From positions 1,763 through 65,762 of the forward strand of contig CAMFGY010000027.1 in the NCBI GenBank assembly GCA_945952065.1: a DNA stretch of 64,000 bases. The letters are read 5' to 3'. Under the pieces are notes generated by a model. That model was given only the letters and a program-made list of their open reading frames with translations. It did no database searches and was not told the origin of the DNA. Positions 61,201 to 64,000 of this stretch are shown piece by piece. The stretch is from an uncultured Burkholderiales bacterium (GTDB lineage: Bacteria; Pseudomonadota; Gammaproteobacteria; Burkholderiales; Burkholderiaceae_C). The position numbers and the translations under genes were made by a program. Positions within the stretch are counted from its first letter, which is position 1; the number at the start of each line of letters is the position of its first letter.

Positions 61201-62122
61201 AGACGCTGGGCAGGGCCTGCTCCAAGATGTCTTGCCGATCAATGGTGCTGATCAACCACCAATCCGTGCCGCGCACGCGGGTGCCGGTTGCCAATACGGC
61301 TGTGCCCTTGTAGTTGCGCCCCAAAAAGGCCGGCACCATGCTACCCGGTGCTCCGGCCAGCCGCGCCGCGACCGAATCGCCCGAGTCGTCCGCCCCGGAG
61401 CCCGCGCTTGCGAGCAAGTCGATGATTTGCACGCCTTGCGGGTCCAGCAAAAGCCCCGATGCTTGTTGGTCCGAAAGACGCAGCACGGCCGAACTCAGGG
61501 TCTCATAGTGATCTACGCCGGGGGATAGCAAAGAGCGCAGCGCTTCACGTGGCTCAGAAAAGCCCACAAAGGCGCGCCCCTCGGGCAAGGCCGACTGAAT
61601 GCGGTGCGCCAAAGAAGCCTGCTCGCGCCCTTGGGTCACAAAGCCCAGCACTTGCGGCTGCAGGCTCGCGGCCACACCGGCCTGCTTCAGCAAGGCCGGT
61701 TCGGCGCCGTCCAAGCTTGCCCCCATGCGCAGCAAAACCTGCCCGGAGCGGTCCAGCATCACCATGCTGCGAAAGTCGCCATTGGCGCGCACCGTCTCCA
61801 TCACACGCTCTAGCAAAGCCAGGCATTGCGCATCCAAGCTTTGGCAGGCACCGCCGGGTTCCGCCAGAAGATCATGAATCTGCGCCAGATTGCGCAGATC
61901 CACGCCGCGCTCATGCAGCCATGACTCCACATCGTCGTGCTGACGGCGATTGGCGGTGGCGAGATCCACCTTGGCCTCTTGCCACACGGCCTTGAAAGCT
62001 TCCGTGGCGCCATAGGCCGTCAACACCAGGGCCAAACTGCTCAGCAGCCACGCATTGCGAACATCACCCGCGGCTGCCGCCAAAAAAACACGTGCGCGCT
62101 GCCACCAATGCTGGATCTGCAT
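58214..62122 (-). CDS. Hybrid sensor kinase (TM-periplasmic-3xPAS-HisKA-HATPase-REC-HPt)
   Basis: FLANMSHEIRTPMN, QILLNYLSNA, DQGIG, GGTGLGL, LMDVRMP, AHSIKGTA. Confidence 0.95.
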   Translation of the reverse strand: MQIQHWWQRARVFLAAAAGDVRNAWLLSSLALVLTAYGATEAFKAVWQEAKVDLATANRRQHDDVESWLHERGVDLRNLAQIHDLLAEPGGACQSLDAQCLALLERVMETVRANGDFRSMVMLDRSGQVLLRMGASLDGAEPALLKQAGVAASLQPQVLGFVTQGREQASLAHRIQSALPEGRAFVGFSEPREALRSLLSPGVDHYETLSSAVLRLSDQQASGLLLDPQGVQIIDLLASAGSGADDSGDSVAARLAGAPGSMVPAFLGRNYKGTAVLATGTRVRGTDWWLISTIDRQDILEQALPSVLQIVLAGLFTIGLFWMVFSVLRQKEHLLASRRLAQEQQDRLHALELLSSIAETSEDVIFAKDLAHRYLLFNPAAQRLTALSAEQVLGHSDADLIAGDLAQMFHAQDKEVLDQGQALRWEVDLPEPQARTLSIVKSPLRRSDGEIIGVFGIGHDITAIKRAEERLRASEHRFRTLFDESGVAMVLLDLDSGKISDANRQALLETRCASVAELESLSFAPPPCSREDARHLIEKLKQRFERGQGASLRTEWLKARRDGSFYWVDLQLQVIELEGRPALLSVGIDIDDRKRIEEEVSKLSLALEQSPVSVIITNMDGMIDYVNAAFTQSTGYAPREVMGKKPNLLASGETPQGVYEEMWASLLRGEPWQGMLHNRRKNGEVYVDRVAIYPLRREDGRVTHYVALQVDVSERMAIEAELNQHRIHLEDLVTQRTVQLSEATRRAEAANASKSAFLANMSHEIRTPMNAVLGAARLMQRDLGLLQQQASEASAAMLERLLLRVQQIDQTGRHLLTLLNDLLDLSKIDAGKIQLVHADFALRPLIDELLLMVRERAAEQEVRLLQDLDGVPCDLHGDGMRLGQILLNYLSNAVRFTRRGEVWVRARLLSQEGPRLRLRFEVEDQGIGLSEAEQQRLFQVFEQASEDTAHRFGGTGLGLSIARKLAELMGGQVGVRSQPGQGSCFWLELPLALAHQPIAPAPVAQGEQALLQLRALGPRRILLVDDVDINLEIASDLLRDAGMLVQTASDGVEALAWAQRASFDLVLMDVRMPKMDGIEATQALRRLPGYAAVPVIALTAQAFEEDRLACQRAGMNDHLSKPVLPELLYAKLLQWLQLAAPPATERPDVLDEPAVPQGAAMAAASAALPPAGFSTEAAVTAETGSGLPAELLQLEGFDLGAAQRLLGRRLARLPGLLARFGREQGDAGARILAALAQGDRASATRIAHSIKGTAASLGLTVISQLAAELERNLREAQGDDVGPLQARLAQDAPCLVALDPPA

Positions 62123-62123
62123 A

Positions 62124-63710
62124 TCAGCCCCTGGGCATCAAACGGTGAGCCCAGTGCTCGACCTGCATATCGGTCAATGGATGGCTGGCCAACAGGGCAT
62201 CCCCTAGGCGCGCCATCTGCAATCGAGGCTCGTCGATATCGCTGACCACCATCACCAGCAAGGCCGCCGGGCAACGCTCTCGCAAGCGCTCGGCCAAGGC
62301 CCAGGCTTCGGCCGAAGCGGACCGCGCATCCATCAACAAAAGGTCCGGCCTTTGCAGCGCCATGGCGCGCACTGCAGCGGCTTCGTCGCTGCAGCACTGC
62401 CCGCCCAAATGAGGAATATGCCGCCCCAAGGTCTCCATCCAAAGTTGCAGCACATCACCTTCTGGCCCCACCGCCAACAGCAACGGCGCCCGCGCATCGA
62501 GTGTGGCCTGGGCATGACCTGGCCGCCAGCGTCGCAGCCAATCGCAAAACTCCGCCTCGGGCATGGGTCTCGCGCACAAATAGCCCTGAATCTGGTGCAC
62601 CCCTTGCTGGCGCAACATGCGCAATTGGCTGTGATGCTCAACGCCTTCGGCGACCAACTCCATGCCCAGCCCCACCCCAAAGGCGACGGTGGCTTGCACG
62701 ATCCGATCGACCTTGTGGTCATGCCCGATGCGCCGAACAAAGCTGGCATCGATTTTGAGTTCACTGAAGGGCAAATCGGCCAACTGGGCCAGGCTGGAGT
62801 AGCCCGTGCCAAAGTCATCAATCGATAACTTCAAGCCCATCAGGGCTAAGCGATTCAGGGTTTCGAGGGAGGCCGCACGGTTGGCCATCAGGCGCGACTC
62901 GGTCACCTCCAGAGTCAAGTTCTCCAGTGAAATACCGGCGGCCACGGCCTGACTGCGCACCTGCTCAGGCAGGTCCAGCCGATCGGTGCAATCCATCGAC
63001 AGATTCACCGCTGCCCGCAATGGCCAGCCCTTTTCATGCCAGCACGCCAAGTCTTGCAGCACCTGACGGTAGATGCACAGAAACAAGGCCCAAGACAAGC
63101 CCTGAGCCTCCATCTCCGGCACAAACCGGGCGGGGCTGATGGCCGGGCCCGTCGCCGGCAACCAACGGGCCAAGGCCTCCACGCCCAGCACACGCAAGTT
63201 TTGTGCATCCAGCTTGGGCTGATACCAAGGACGAATGGCGCCACTCAACAGAGCCTGCTCCAGCAAAGCTCGATCCAAAGGCTCACTTTCGCCCAAAAAG
63301 TCCGACTGGGTTTGGGACCAAAAAGGCGCCGAGGGCTCGCATTGACGCAGCAGCGACGCCAAGGCCTCCAACTCCGCCGGTTTGCGCAAGCCCCCCACCA
63401 TGCGCAAACCCAGGGTGCGGCCAAACTCCAGCACACTGGCCAACAAATCGGGCCGGGTGCCGCTGATCAACAAGACCTGTGCATGCACACCCACATCGGC
63501 CAAGCGGTGCAAGAACCGTGGCCCATCCACATCGGGCATGTCCAGATCGCTGATGATCAGGTCCACATGCTGCCTGGCCAACACCCGCATCGCGTCGTCC
63601 GCATGGGTGCAGGGCAGCACCTGGTCAACGCCAATGGCGTGCAATTGCTCGACCAGGATGTCGAGATACAGAGGGTCATCATCCAAGGCCAGCACAACGC
63701 GTTCAGGCAT
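62124..63710 (-). CDS. REC-EAL-(degenerate REC) c-di-GMP phosphodiesterase
   Basis: REC (LDDD, ISDLDMP); EAL domain (YQPK, VEALARW, LEVTE, IDDFGTGYSS, ELKID, EGVE, QGY); C-terminal receiver-like segment. Confidence 0.92.
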   Translation of the reverse strand: MPERVVLALDDDPLYLDILVEQLHAIGVDQVLPCTHADDAMRVLARQHVDLIISDLDMPDVDGPRFLHRLADVGVHAQVLLISGTRPDLLASVLEFGRTLGLRMVGGLRKPAELEALASLLRQCEPSAPFWSQTQSDFLGESEPLDRALLEQALLSGAIRPWYQPKLDAQNLRVLGVEALARWLPATGPAISPARFVPEMEAQGLSWALFLCIYRQVLQDLACWHEKGWPLRAAVNLSMDCTDRLDLPEQVRSQAVAAGISLENLTLEVTESRLMANRAASLETLNRLALMGLKLSIDDFGTGYSSLAQLADLPFSELKIDASFVRRIGHDHKVDRIVQATVAFGVGLGMELVAEGVEHHSQLRMLRQQGVHQIQGYLCARPMPEAEFCDWLRRWRPGHAQATLDARAPLLLAVGPEGDVLQLWMETLGRHIPHLGGQCCSDEAAAVRAMALQRPDLLLMDARSASAEAWALAERLRERCPAALLVMVVSDIDEPRLQMARLGDALLASHPLTDMQVEHWAHRLMPRG

Positions 63711-64000
63711 AGATTCATCCCAATCATCCGGGACCGCAAAATGCCCGCTTCGGCACATTTCACGGGGGCACCTACGGCGCAGGGCTACCAGCCGCAGGGG
63801 TCGTACAAAAACTGAGCCCGTTGCTCTGTGGGGCGCAGCTCAGTGTAGGCGGATGACAGCTCTGCATACAGCAGCTTGTCATCGGCCTGTGGGGCCGGTC
63901 ACACAGTGTGGGCCGCCCGGCTCCACTCAAGCGCCAAGTGCGGTAATCGGTCACACAAGAACAAGCCCTATATTTCGACCATGCCCATCAAAACTGAACT

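Overview
This is a GC-rich betaproteobacterial chromosomal window. Gene content and the ahcY/thi/metF sequences suggest Burkholderiales of the Paucibacter/Roseateles type (inference). I saw no integrase, transposase, tRNA, rRNA or CRISPR array. In order, it holds: the 3' end of an Oar-like TonB-dependent receptor; a LytS/LytTR pair with a divergent secreted NTF2/SnoaL gene; an IorAB-type molybdoenzyme; copZ-copA-cueR with two CueR promoters; and a more AT-rich block encoding a soluble multi-PAS chemoreceptor plus a triple-CheW protein. Next come pirin/DoxX/azoR/LysR, an MCP, an ArsR regulator, a secreted Asp-box beta-propeller protein, two PEP-CTERM proteins, an atypical TonB_C protein and a TPP-riboswitch thiC-O-S-G-DE operon. 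These are followed by a sigma54 two-component system divergent from an adaptor/ATPase/two-permease MacB-type ABC operon, with a perfect -24/-12 promoter and two palindromic enhancer sites. The last third has a LiuR-like regulator with FFLEELY and MBL genes, a REC-GGDEF / CheY-like / REC-CheX-like cluster, a YcaQ-like gene, a HAD gene, SAH riboswitch-ahcY-tlyA-metF, ompW, pepQ, 5-FTHF cyclo-ligase, and a second AT-richer REC / hybrid kinase / REC-EAL phosphorelay block. The best candidates for under-described systems are: (1) the CheA-less 5xPAS-MCP + 3xCheW two-gene module; (2) the sigma54 TCS + dual-permease ABC system, possibly flux-sensing; (3) the pseudoREC-CheX / CheY / diguanylate cyclase cluster; (4) the REC-orphan-output phosphorelay. 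No database search was run, so novelty claims are hypotheses.
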